Notes: a model not told the origin generated them from the letters alone. A DNA stretch of 64,000 nt from Basidiobolus meristosporus CBS 931.73 (GCA_002104905.1 MCFE01000438.1:11123-75122), one strand, 5' to 3'. Shown: positions 36,145 through 49,390, counted from the stretch's first letter. Program-made: numbers and translations.

Positions 36145-37214
36145 TGTAGTGGGGTGACAGTGACACCCACTGACAGATGTGCTCATTCCCTTATTTTCTA
36201 CTTCCCTGTATCTCTACTACACTTATATTAGTTTTATCCCATTTGTCTTACCTAATTAGTACTATCCCATAAGCCGGTTTACTATCACACCTGCTTACCT
36301 TATTGCATAAGTTACCCCTCACTTTATGTAAGATTACTAGCTATAAGTACTTCTATATTAGGCAAGTACCTGCACAGTACCTGTGATACATGATCAACCT
36401 GTGTCACCTTCCCTACCATTTCCATACCATATATGGTATCCCTATGTTACACAGGTTTCAGAATACTGCTTCCGGATTGGTTGGATGTGCTTAACCTCTT
36501 AGAATCATCCAGCACCTACTTAGAACATTCTTAGGTCATTGTGATGTCATTAAGATTGCTATTGATATCCAGAACCTTCTGGAACACCATGATTAGTAAT
36601 CACTTAGCCAGTGAGAAAAGTATATAAGGGAGGCAATCCCTCAACAATAAATCATCATCCCTCTTATCAAAATACTGCCTTGTTGATTAGTGTGATCACT
36701 GCTACCTGCTGCTACCTGAACTTCCAACCCCAGACCACAGGTCACTCCCAGGAAACTGTACTGACAGCCAACTGACCTTGGAGGCACTACTTGTGAAGAA
36801 TACTCAGAGTAGGTATCTTTTATTATATTTGATTCTTTCTCAAGTTTGTTCTTGTACAGGCAAAGATACTTTTCTGTCTTTGTAACTATTGACCACAGCT
36901 GCATTCTTATCAAGTCCCCGCTGGTGGAGTTTACAGTTGTTTTGACTTTGGAAGCTTTAGTACATTGTCATCTCAAAGGAAGCTGAACCCAGCACATACT
37001 TTTGTTAAGATGCCAACTAAGTTGGGGATTGCAGCTCAATAGTTTTCTTTTGACAAGCTTGTGGCTTTATTCCCCTTCACATTAGATTAGAGACAGAACC
37101 CAAGTATTCCTTGCAAGCTTTTGCCAGAGGTTATTGCACCCAGTGAACACCCCACACACAAGACACTTGGGAAGTGTTGGGTGTATCTCTCCCCTGGACC
37201 TATACACCACCACA
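36145..37214 (+). mobile_element. Large solo LTR (1070 bp), same family as 28439-29508
   Basis: Same termini and length; flanks ACGC/ATGC (4-bp TSD with one CpG transition). Confidence 0.88.
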
Positions 37215-37550
37215 ATGCTGTCCACAGGGATTTTTTTGGTTCTATCACTACTTATTATTCTAAATGTAAAATCAAGCTGTTGTTCAACTTTTCTTCTGCT
37301 ACTGTCAGCAATGGGGTTTGGTTGGTAACCAGACAACTTTGCTTCATTGTTTGGCAGTATATATTTAAAAGTGATCAAGCTAAAGGGAAATGGTATTATA
37401 CATATGTGTGTATGTAGTGACACAGCTTTATTTATAATGCTTATTATGCTGGATCATCATTGAATTTCACAACCATGTAGGTGCAATGTCTCAAATAGAG
37501 AACTTCCTAAATTTACATGAGTATTGACAAAAAAGTGATATTATTGCATT

Positions 37551-40500
37551 AGACTTGTTCTGTTGGATAGTGCCACAAAGTGCCAGCCTGTTTATAGTGC
37601 CAGATTGATCTGGCACTATCTGGCACTATAATTTCTACCATCATGCCAGTGGTGGGTTATAGTTACTGGTAATTCTACTCTATCTTACTTTTGTTGCTGA
37701 GAGTAGTGCTTTCCTTGCTTTATTTACTCTTCATAATGCTCCAGACACATTTCTCTCAGAGGATGTCTTCTTGTATATATATACTGTGCATTGATAAATA
37801 TTTTAACTATTTTACCTATTCTACTATTGTGTCCTATACATGACTTTCCTCTGTATTTACCTGCCAATATGCTGAATCTCTGCAGATATCCAAATGTATG
37901 CTCTACCCTCACTCTGAAATAATTAAATATCTCATTGTAGAGCTTCTGCTTCCTGCTAAGCACACCATTCCTTGGCTTCCTATAAGCTGTAATACATCCT
38001 AATCTTTGACAATCCTCTCCTATATAAGCTAAGTCTGCCATACATGTCTCCCCTCTACTGAATTCTGGATGATTCTCTACCCAAAGTGCTTTGTCATGCT
38101 TACATCCAGCAAATGGCTTGCTAAACCAGATGATGTTACCCTCAATGTCAGACAGTGCTTGAAACTTCACACAGTGTGCCTTGTACCTCTCAGTATAAAA
38201 GTGCCTCTGCCCTCTAGAAGGTCTGTTAATCCTCACTGTGAAGGTATCCAAAATACTCCTTATATGGAGCCTGTTGCTGAACACTCTGGGATATGTAGGT
38301 CTATTGGAGCTTCTAAACCTATTACTCCAAGCTTGCTCTAAGTCATTCATACCCTCTGCAAGGTGGTTCTCCATTGTTGTCAGCTGAGAATGAAAGCTTC
38401 TAGGACTTTTGTTGCCATGGATGGTGGGATGAAACCTTGTAGGGCAATAGTTCTTGTAATATCAGAGTAGCTTAACAAGGAGTCTCCATGAGTAGATAGG
38501 GGTAGATGGACCACAGTACTTGGTATAGATCTCCTCTAGTGTGTCAAAAGGAAATCCAGTGGTAGTGATAGGATTGATGAGAAAAGACCATTCAGATGAG
38601 TAAGTCATATTGAAATTTGAAAGGATTGGGCTGAGATGATTTGATTTGATTTGGCACAATCAGCTTTGTTTATCTGGTTTTCCATGCATTATGATTAAAT
38701 CTCCATCAATTACCATGTATCCCATCATTATGTTGCAAAAATCATCCACAAACAATGACTAGGTATTTTTATTGATGTTTTACTTACAAGTACATATTCA
38801 AATAGGAAATCTGCAATTGATGTAATCTGATCCATGTCAATGCAATCCAAGATGCATCATGCATAATATATGGAAAATTCAACAATCACATTAGTTTTCA
38901 TATTTATCTCATATAAGACCAGCTTGATGCCAATACACCACAGTATAAGTATCCAAATCCATCACTATGGTCCCTATACCAAGTCTCAACTCATCTTTAG
39001 CTCAACCTAGACAAAACCCATCCCCCAGCTCATAAGCACGGTCTGGACTGGAAAAGGCAGTGTTGGATCCATTTGAGTTCTTGCTGAATGATTTCAGTAT
39101 GGCCTAAGTGTCTACAATGAGCCCTCATTCAGATATTTGGGCACTACTCATCAATTTAGCAGAACTAGATACCTTGGAGAGTCAACAGAGATGAAAGAGC
39201 CTGAACAGAAAGCTGTGGCATGAGTTCTACATCAAGATGCCAGCAGATGTATGTAAGAAGATAAATAACAAGACAAGTATTGAAATAAAGAATGAGCTGA
39301 CAGTGAGGGGATTTGATGAGGAAGCCACGCAGGAACAATTTCACGCGCAATTTGCACAGTATGGGCTGGACACATCTGTTTGTGCCTTGACTTTGGGAAC
39401 CAAAGAGATTTTGAATGAGTTTTTGCCTCAAATGACTAATGTATTACGTGATATATTAGTAGAGCTAAGCGGCTTCTGAGAGCCATATACACAGGACTCA
39501 TCCAGGCAACAGTGGCAAAGTATTAGACAGAAGGTAAGTGAGTACCTTGAGGAATTAGAAGTTGAGCTTCAAGAGGAGGAATACAGACCACAAGCAACAT
39601 TGTCTAGATTGCGCCAGAATGCCTTGCTGGATTCCTTACCATCCCTTGCAGCTTCAGCATGCTGGCGCACGTCAGTCCAAGCTACACCAATACTCTTCAC
39701 AAGAGTGCCCTGCATTGACTCAATAGGTATTGGGTCAACATGTGTGCTCCAGAGCAAAACCACCAGAACCCACCAAACTGCTCAAAAAGACACAAGTCCA
39801 TTGGAGCGGGCCCAGTCATGTCAACAAGCAGCATCACATTGAACTCAGCCAAGGGCCATGCCAGCGCATCAAGTCATGTCTGCGCATGCCATTACACCAG
39901 ACCATCAGTGAGTTTCTTCTGGTGAACTGACAGATGATGACCCACATGAAGTGCCTCCACCACCAGAGCCGTTGGCAAGTAAAAAAACATGTCAGCACGT
40001 AGCACTGCAGGCCAGCTCAGTTGCATCATCCAGAGCAATTCAGCGCGGCCAAGCTGTAGCATTGCACTCATCAACTAGGACACAAAATACTGACTACAAA
40101 TGCACTAGTAGCCTAGAGGATAGTCAACAAGAAAGTAGTTTAGGTCTGCAAAGTGAATCACTACCAAATGCTTCAGTAGTAATCCTAGTAAGAAAAAAGC
40201 CTAGGAGAAGATGATGCAATTGCATTAAATTGCTATTTTCTGTAATGATGCAAACAACTCATTTTTTTTTGCAATCCGCATCAAGCCATTGCTAATCAGT
40301 GATCACTAAATTTTTGATATAAGCAATGTTGAGGTTGTCTCACATTTGAGACAGGACCCCTATAAATAAACACCCTGCATATTTATACATCATCTGTGGC
40401 ACCAGTGCAGACATTTGATCTGATTTGCACCCATACAATTGGTTGCGTGCTTGCTATGACATGTTGTCCAATCACTAGGATCAGGAACTTACTTGCTTAA

Positions 40501-40915
40501 TGGGCAAAATGGGATATTTGATGGCAAATCAGGTAGCTTGTGTATTAGTGAAAGAGCCAATTGGGGGCTGAAAGCTTCAGGATACTTTTGGACCATTCAA
40601 CCACTGAGATACCATCCAATTGGAGTGATGATAACCAAATTGGTAAGTATCAGAGTAGTTTATAGTGTGATACGCATTTATTTGCATTTTCATTACAGAA
40701 ACATACCCAAATACCGGATTTTACCTACCATAATAGCTGTATGCAATTGCGTATGTGATGCAAACATTACAAGTGGGCACAATCTTTTGTGCCAACCTCA
40801 TTGTGTCAGATTGTGCCATAGTGTGCAAGATCATCCCACATGGTGCATAACTGTCTAAGAGCAATCTTGCCTACTAGTAGCTACAATATTGCACCTGATT
40901 GTTCTTAAAGACTGC
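37551..40915. mobile_element. PHIS transposon copy 3, near full length, degenerate, right end truncated by an LTR insertion
   Basis: Left TIR AGACTTGTTC at 37551 preceded by ATT. Transposase fragments 37724-38659 (-) and ORF2 fragments 39060-40214 (+), colinear with copy 1. Confidence 0.88.
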
Positions 40916-41040
40916 TGTGGTGGTGTATAGGTCCAAGGGAGAGATACACCCAACACTTCCCAAGTGTCTTGTGTGTGGGGTGTTCACTAGGTGCAATAAC
41001 CTCTGGCAAAAGCTTGCTAGGAATACTTGGGTTCTGTCTC
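40916..41040 (-). mobile_element. Terminal fragment of large-LTR family, inverted
   Basis: Reverse complement of the 3' ~125 bp of 36145-37214. Flank CTGC corresponds to CCGC in copy 1 of the host transposon. Confidence 0.8.
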
Positions 41041-41282
41041 TTTTTTTAGTATCTGGGACACATAGTGATTAGCACAGGAGTAACCTTAGACCCTAAGACA
41101 ATTGAAGTAATCAAATATATGAAGCAGCCCAATAGCAAATCAGAGCTTAAGTCATTCCTTGAAGTGGTTTCCTATTATTGGAGATTTGTAATCTCCCTTG
41201 CAAGTATTGCAGCCCCTTTAACTGATGTCCTCAAGAAAGACAATATTGTGAGGTGGGATAGCCTGTGAAACTGCCTTTCAGA

Positions 41283-44200
41283 TGTTGAAATAATTAGGAG
41301 TCTACCTAATTATTAGTATACTATGAACTAGCACTTAGTGAAATGATATATTTCAGATTATCAACATGGAAATTAGTTTGTAAGATATTTACTAATTATT
41401 AGGAATTAGAGAAGTACATAATTTTAGGAAAATCTGAAACTTGTCAAAATGAGCTGAGACTTGGCACATGTACTCCTGAGACTCCCCTAATAATGACCAA
41501 ATAGTCACATTTACGTAGTTCTGGAATAAGTATAAATACTGTGTTGCAACTCAATAAAACATCAAGTGAATATCATATAAATCTTCTAATTCTCCAATTT
41601 ACTTCCAATATATCTCTCTAATATCTCAACAGGTTATGAGCCCCAAGCTTGCTTTATCTTGGTTGTCTACTTTGCTCTAGTGCTGTGTTGTTATTCTGGA
41701 AAAAGACTGCCTTGTCTACCTGAAGTTACAAAAGACAGAAAAGTACTGCTGCTGCAAAGAACTGCTAGATGGGATATATTGTTTTGGAGAGAGAGGCCTT
41801 TGCCCTTAGAGAAGACACTAAGCAAAGAAAAAGGTCATATGTCAAGGAGATCATGTTGGACAAATTTCAAAAGTTATGGAATATGCAGAAGGATGAAGCT
41901 TTGAGAAAATGCGTAATCCCAGCAAGGAGTCAAAATCAATAAGGGGCATCTTACATGATATATGTATTAATGCTATGATTCTTATTATCACCACATGATG
42001 GATCTATATTGAAGATCCACATATACCTGGGTTTGGATTAGACTATTTCAGTCAATGAAGTGCCCACATTGTTGCAGTGAATTTACATAAGTCTGTAGTA
42101 ACTTGAAATGAAATGATGCGCAAACACTTTGATGCCACCTGCTGCCCTGGTTTGGAGTTGAATTTGCCAACAGATATATGGATCAGCTTGCCCAAGCTCT
42201 GAGGATCAAAATGATATATAATATCTATATATTTGGCCAAAGATCAGTGATCTCAGATATGCCAACTTAGGAGTGGTATGCATGATGTATCAGTGGTACT
42301 ATTTCCACCACCAATGATCCTGAGGCTCTGTGAGACACTTATTAGACAAGCTACATGTCTACATCAAGTATGAGATACAGTGGGAGGAGATACATCCATA
42401 TATGTTGAAGCATGGAATTTCTACCACCATCAAGAAAAGTGCTTCCGGAGACCTTGACCAAAGTATATACATATAGTCTCTATATACACTATAGAATATG
42501 CATGAAGTACTATCAAGGAGTGTACTAGTTGCCCCACACTAGTACATATATCACATACATACAGTGATGAAAGATCATATATATTAGCATGGATCAGATG
42601 TTAATCATGCTATTTTGATCAGATCAAGTTACGTACAGCTCCCAGCTACGGGCCAAACTCCAATGATGATATCTGCCACCAAGATGCTGAGAGAAATGGC
42701 TTTTTACGGAAGTTTATTTGATTAAATTTGATCAGGCCTGTGAAAAGTTATGCCAGATCCAAAGGATGACCAATTTGGTTGAAACATCTCAGAATAGATA
42801 TGTTTTGAGGACAGGAGGTTCCTGAATACTCTGGGAGATCTAACAAACTGTGGATATGCTACCTGTATGGTCCAGATCTAGATCATTAAGGAAATTCCAG
42901 CAACCAGCATCTTTGAGACCAGATATGGAACAAAAACCTACCACTGTGGTAGGGTAAATATACCTCCCACAGACAAGTTTATTCATATAGCCATTATGAT
43001 ATACTTATCCGTATTTTATCTTATCAGTATTATCCCATTCTTCTTTTGCCCATATTATCAGTATTATCCCCATATGATGTTTACCCTGATTAGTTATTAG
43101 CATTAGTTATCCCAGATGTTATTGAGCTTTGTGATCAGTAGATGTATCTATATAAGGCAAGTACCCGTATCAGTACCCATGACACATGACCTAGGTCTGT
43201 GTTACCATCCCTACCATTTCAATACCATATATGGTATTTCTATGTTGCACAGGTTTCAGACTACTGATTCCTGATTGGTTGAGAGTGCTGTGCCTTTTAG
43301 AACCTTCCAGGACATTCTTGGCATATTTTTAGCTCATAGTGATGTCATCAAGAATTCCACTTATACCTAGAATCTTCTAGAACCTTGTCATTAGTAATCA
43401 CTTGGCAATCTGGAAAAGTATTTAAGGGAAAGCAATCCCTCATCAATAAATCATCCCTTCTATCAGTAACACTTCTACCTTATTGATTAGCAGTTGATCA
43501 CTGCACCTGCCTTCAACAGTACATCTCAGACCTGCCATCAAGGAGCTTTTGAGGGTAGTGCACAAGACACACAGAGGCCTTTAGAGACACTTGGAGCACC
43601 TAGGAAGCTAGAGAAGCAGGAGCTTTTACCATAGTGACATATTGACAAAGACACCAGCAGTTTAGACACAGAGGTTATTGCACCCATCAGACACCTCACA
43701 TACCTTGAGTTGTGTAGCTTCTCCCAGGAGTACCTCTACACCACCACACCGCCAATAAGTTGCCAGTTTCTAAATGGAGTTAGGTGATACCTAGGCCAGA
43801 TTTGGACTATCTAGCACACTAGATATGATCCAGTTATCCTACCACACAAGGATAGTGGAGTATTGCTGCTAAGGAAAGCAGCAGAGCAGTCCAAGAGAAC
43901 CTACATACTCAGAGGCAACATCACAATTATGGTGAACAACGAAGTCAACTTACTTGCCGTGGAGGCTAGAGAAGTGGTACCAAGGGCCAACCTAAGGGTT
44001 ATAATGGGTCCAGAATATCATGGACTTGTCTATTTGCACTGTGAACCAAGCTCTATGCTGGAAAGTTCTATCAGAAGTAACAGTGGCTTATCAGAGCCAT
44101 TATGGTAGATTTACTCAATTGGAAAGTGCCAGATCATGTTGTATGGTTCAAGCGCAATAGTACATATGAGACCATATCTATCCTGTTTAGGATTAGGCCT

Positions 44201-45390
44201 CTATGAATAGCTGCCAATCAAGCTGTGGTATGCTGTGGTACCAAATCAAGCCTATCAAGATGCAAAGGGAAGATCTGAATACCGTAACAGTGATATCAGT
44301 CCAAGAAAGTTATGCCTAGATCAGAAAGATATGTATGATCTATCTCAGTCAGTTTTAGAAGGCAGGAAGCACCAGAAGACGTAGCTTCAGTGGGAGTACA
44401 ATATCCCAGATCAGGAATGAAGCAAAGCTAGGCTAGAAACCATTGAAGGCACTAGTCTGGAAGAGGAAATACTTGGTCAACTGGTGAAGAATAAGGCAAC
44501 TACAATGCTGATCAATTGTTGGTCTCAACAGATCATATATGGAGTATACAAGGAAAGTTGCTATCCAGATCCAGTTATGGATATATGGAGGATAGTCTAA
44601 GTGAATTAGACTATAGACCAGAACCGTGGATGATCCAGATCTACTGGAGAGAAGACCACTTCCTAACTTTGCCAATTATTGACCAATTTTACTCATATAA
44701 GAGACAGCAGAAAGCCTGAGAATGCAGCTCTCTGATGATACAAACTATGCCAGGATTTGATTAGTATCTGAGAAGTTTTTCCCCAATCAAATTGATGATA
44801 CTCATTCATAGATATTTGTGATGAGATCAGAGTTCAGACTCAAAGCAATTTGATCTGAAGTATGTTATTAACAGTATGGACTTATACTTATTTATTACAG
44901 ATAATATGCAATCCTTAACATATATTGGAGAATACATTAGTCCAATAGGTTATATGGTTAATTGCAGGTTTAATTTCAACCGCAAGATGTACAACACCAC
45001 AGCAAGTTCATAAGTATATGAATATATTATGTGAGTGGGAGTGTTGAAATAATTAGGAGTCCACCTAATTATTAGTATACTATGAACTAGCACTTAGTGA
45101 AATGATATATTTCAGATTATCAACATGGAAATTAGTTTGTAAGATATTTACTAATTATTAGGAATTAGAGAAGTACAGAATTTTAGGAAAATCTGAAACT
45201 TGTCCAAATGAGCTGAAACTTGGCACATGTACTCCTGAGACTCCCCTAATAATGACCAAATAGTCACATTTACGTAGTTCTGCAATAAGTATAAATACTG
45301 TGTTGCAACTCAATAAAACATCAAGTGAATATCATATAAATCTTCTAATTCTCCAATTCACTTCCAAAATATCTCTCTAATATTTCAACA
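41283..45390 (+). mobile_element. Copia-type LTR element (family C) with both LTRs and a non-coding, decayed interior
   Basis: 349-bp LTRs at 41283-41631 and 45042-45390 (TGTTGAAA...TCAACA, about 8 differences by eye). PBS GGTTATGAGCCCC, PPT GTGAGTGGGAG, TSD TCAGA/TCAGA. Confidence 0.9.
42945..43748 (+). mobile_element. Solo LTR (804 bp), diverged subfamily of the large-LTR family
   Basis: TGTGGTAGGG...CACCACCACA ends; central part aligns with 28660-28960; flanks CCAC/CCGC. Confidence 0.82.
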
Positions 45391-45559
45391 TCAGATGCTA
45401 AGGAATGAACTTGCTAAGCTGCCAAGCTTAAGAATACCTGACTTCAGAAATAGGTAACTCTGTGCACAGATGCTTCAGATTATGCATTGGTGGAGTGTTG
45501 AGCCAAGAACACATGGGGAAGGACTGCCCAGTTGCCTTTGAATCCAGGAAAATTGCTTG

Positions 45560-46690
45560 TTCTTTGGCTTAGATCTGATAATTTCTAAGGGAGATGCACA
45601 AAGGATTAATAACAAGTTTATATATGGAGCAACCAGCATTTTTTGCAAACCCAAAAGGCCTAAGTATGCTGTGTAGAATTAGAAAATTGTTGTAAGGACC
45701 TAGACAGGTGCCTAAAGCATTGTCTATCCAGATTAACACAAATTTAGCAGAGATTGAATACAATGGTAACACAGCACATCACAGTATATGTGTGAAGCAG
45801 CACACAAAGGGTGTGATCATCCTAGTTCTGTATACGGACAGTCTAATAATAGCTACAAATGGCTAGAAGGCACTCAGACAGACCAAATCATATTTTCTTG
45901 GCAGGTTTGTGATGATAGTACTTTGAAAATGGAGCTATTTTCTTAAAATAGAAGTTTAATTTGACATACCTATGCTAAACATTTTGCTCACAGACGCATA
46001 GAAGTATTATGATCTGCTGCTTGAATGTTTAAGTTAGATCAGTTTTTATTCAAATCAATTAGTTATATGCTTAGGCTATCAGTATATTAGTGTTATATAT
46101 CAAATCAGTAGCATAAGTCAGCAAATGAATCTGCAGATCCTTATCAGACAGAAATAGATATATTAGGTAGAATCTTATGAGGTAATGGTGCTGCTATCAA
46201 GTGAGTCATCTGCTACTATCTACATTAGGAAATCTAATTAGTCAGCAATTGATCTGGCAAAATGTATATAAGGAGCTGCTGGAATCTCAGAAAGATCAGT
46301 TCAAGTTTCAGTGAATACAATAGTGGCTAAACTCCCTATTCCTCTACAACTCTTATACAAAGACTTGTAACAAAAGTGGCAAACTGCTAGCCTGCAACAA
46401 CCCCCATGGTCAACAAACTGAATTTGAGCAAATCTCTACTAGCTGTAGCTGAAGATAAATCAAGCATGATATGATCATTCAACTAACATAGAATGTAGGA
46501 CCTGACCTAATTACTGCAATTAAGCAAATCTTCAATTATCTGTATAATACCATCAATATTGTTCTGGATTACTCTAGAGCAGCTAATAGCTGTCAATTCA
46601 ATGTTTAAAGTGATGCAGATTGAGGTAGGGATCTGATTTTCAGATGCTCTACTACCTGGTGTATATCTCTAAGTGTTGATGCAACTATCA
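45560..46690 (+). pseudogene. Copia RT/RNaseH relic
   Basis: Degenerate equivalents of GF.DPK..HKVCKLRKLLYGLKQAP, CKPAATPM and DWGRD..DRRSTTG, similar to the minus-strand ORF 56348-58345. Confidence 0.7.
46005..46372 (+). mobile_element. Solo LTR of the 58794-63731 gypsy family
   Basis: 368-bp match to the gypsy LTR with scattered substitutions; flanks GAAG/AAAG. Confidence 0.88.
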
Positions 46691-46739
46691 CCTGGCACAG
46701 CTCTGACACTAAGTAAGGGGAGTTTTTTAGCACTTAGAA

Positions 46740-46950
46740 ACAGTATTGAACAGTTTTAGAGTCAGTACATGATGTTTTATAAAAGTGCTAATTTAATCTT
46801 AACAATAGGGAAATAATCACTGGATCATAGATCTGAAAACAGTGGCAAAGTTAGGACTATATGGTAACCCTAGAGTGATCAAGACTAGTCCAGAATTGTC
46901 AAGTAAATTATTAGCTGCAGAATGGTACTAGATAGTTCAATATTTCAACA
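46740..46950 (-). mobile_element. Partial degenerate LTR of Copia family B
   Basis: Aligns with 55990-56203, ending TATTTCAACA. Confidence 0.7.
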
Positions 46951-47576
46951 GTAACATGTATATTTTGCTAACAGACAAATAATTGCTGCTACTTTTGCCA
47001 TGAATACTGGTTGACTATCTGCAATGAGCATATGGGCATTTAGGCAATATATTTGTTCTCTCTGCTGGTTCGTAGTCCCCCTTACAGGTGTGCTCTGCAC
47101 ATCTTTGTATGAATTCCATATGCAAAGGTGTAGAGATTGGCTTATAACCTAGAGCAACCTGATACACCTTAGTAAAGTAGCCCTAATAAAATTAATTGCT
47201 TGTTGAGTCTATCCCAAAATTGCATTATTTAACTGGTTATCTACATATTGGTGCTGCTACGCTTCTTATTACCAAGCACATAGGTGTTGCCATATGATTA
47301 TCTGTTGTAACATTCTTCAACTCTGTGAAGTTCTCCTTCAGGTGCTGACATATCAACTTTATTACTGACTTAAGCATATATTCCTGATGAGACTGAGATA
47401 AAGTGGTACCCACCACTTGATTAGTCTGTTTATTGCCCTACACCCTCACTCTTTAGAAATCTTCCAGAATGCAAGTAAAGCCCAATATTCTCCATACACA
47501 AAGTAATATGGAGTAGAAAATGGATACAGCAGCAGCAGAGATCTACAAACTCCACTTTATGCTTGTAGTATAGTTG

Positions 47577-49390
47577 TGTTACAAGTCTTGCTAAGAAGGT
47601 TATTGAGGAATAAGGAGTTTAGCTAGTATTGTATTCACTAAAACTTGAACTGATTTTATTAAGGTTCCCACAGCTCCTTATATACATTTTGCCAGATCAA
47701 ATGCTGACTAATTAGATTTCCTAATGTAGATAGTGGCAGATGACTCATTTGATTACATTGTCATAACCCAATAAGATCCTACTTAATATATTTATTTCTG
47801 TCTAATAAGGATCTGCTGATTCTTTTGCTGACTAATGCTACTGACTTGATATATAACACTGATATACTGGTAGGCTCAAAACAAATCTAAAAGATTTGAC
47901 TAAAAGCTGATCCAACATAAGTATTTAGCCAGTAGAACAAAACGTTATCCCCTACAAAGTTGAGAGGGTTCCCCTGAATCTCTGTTCTTTTGATACCAAT
48001 ATCTTGATGGTTCAGTATTGTAAGCACGTCTTGCAAGCATGATTCAGTCTTGATCAACTAAACCCTCCTGAATATATGCTTATTTGTACACTAGCTGGCA
48101 AGTTGCAAATAGACATTTTCAGATGATCTTATATGGTGCCATCTATTGTGGCTCAAACATCTTCCAAACATTGTTTTCAGCAATACAACATTCCCAACTC
48201 CTTTGCTTCTGATGAAACAGTCTAATCAAATTGCTGTTCATCTTTTCTGCACCTTGAGATACTTTAGCCTCTGCCCCTTGACATCTTTGTTCCAGTTGCT
48301 GGTGTCTACTCAGCTGACTAAATTCATCTTCTGAGGTGTTTGTAAGCTTTGGTTGTGTTAGATCTCCTAGAATTGGTGGTTCACATCCATACACTAAGTA
48401 AATGGCAATTGTTGGGTGGTGTTGTGCCCTCTTACTCCACCGGCAAAGAGTGCTTGGTTTATATACTCATCCCATCTACTAACAGCTCCAATTGAATACT
48501 TGGTTAAAATTCTTCTAAATAGTCCATTAAACTGCTCAGTGACTCCATTAGTCCTAGGATGATTACTGAGGTTTCCAAGTGTTTGATCTGCTGCATTCCC
48601 AGGTAGCTTTTGATGTCTTAACCATAGAGCTTTCTCCTCTATCAGATAAAGTCTTGGCAGGGCATCCAAACTCAAAATGATCTCTTTGTAGATGAAACTT
48701 ACAACTACTGTTCACTGGCTGCACATACAGCTTTAGCCACTGGCCATATGGTGGCATGGTATATCCTTCTCATGCACTGGATAGTTTGTTCCTCCAAGTT
48801 CAGTTTCTTGAGCACAAAAGCAACTGAGTAGTTCTTTCCCTCATGTTCTTTGCTCAGCACTTCACCAATTACATAGTCCAAAGCATCTCTGCACAGAGTA
48901 AACATCTTACTGAAGTCAGGTATTCTTGAGCCTGGCTACTTGGCTAGTTTATTGTTGAGCATCTGAAAGGCAGTCTCACAGGCTATGTCCTACATCACAG
49001 TGCTGTCTTTCTTGAGAATATCAGTTAAAGGGGCTCAAATATCAAAGGGACCACTTTTTCAATTTGCCAAAGTAGATATCTATACACATAAATGTATTAT
49101 TGAACCTTTCCTTTCTGTCTGGGTGTCTTCAGCTTTCTGCTTAATAGTGTCTGCTAGTGGGGAGGCTCAAAGGCATGTTGAATTTCCAACACAAACTCAT
49201 CACAGATAGAGAGAGTGGTGCATCCCATCCTAATTTCACAAATGTTTGTTGACTCTACCATGGTACTGGTTGACCTCAAGACTAAAATTTTTCTTGATAA
49301 GGCTTTGGTGACTCTGAGCCATGGTAGTCATATCAAGTTGCTGCTGGCTGAGGATCTGGAGTAACTGTTGCTGTTGGGCCAGGACTTGTG
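47577..49390 (-). mobile_element. Internally deleted, degenerate copy of the gypsy family
   Basis: Inverted LTR 47577-~47945 with PPT, then integrase (48143-48760), RNaseH (48705-49020) and gag-start (49190-49390) fragments. Confidence 0.85.

Larger units (their letters stand above)
41045..45550 (+). pseudogene. Ty3/gypsy RT-RNaseH fragment (41045-41282 and 45396-45550) split by a Copia-type insertion
   Basis: [16 protein letters not shown]...SELKSFL matches 61420-61620; continuation matches 61630-61790. Confidence 0.8.

Noticed and set aside
46951-47576. Possible very old gypsy integrase relic on the minus strand
   Set aside because: Too degenerate to support by eye.
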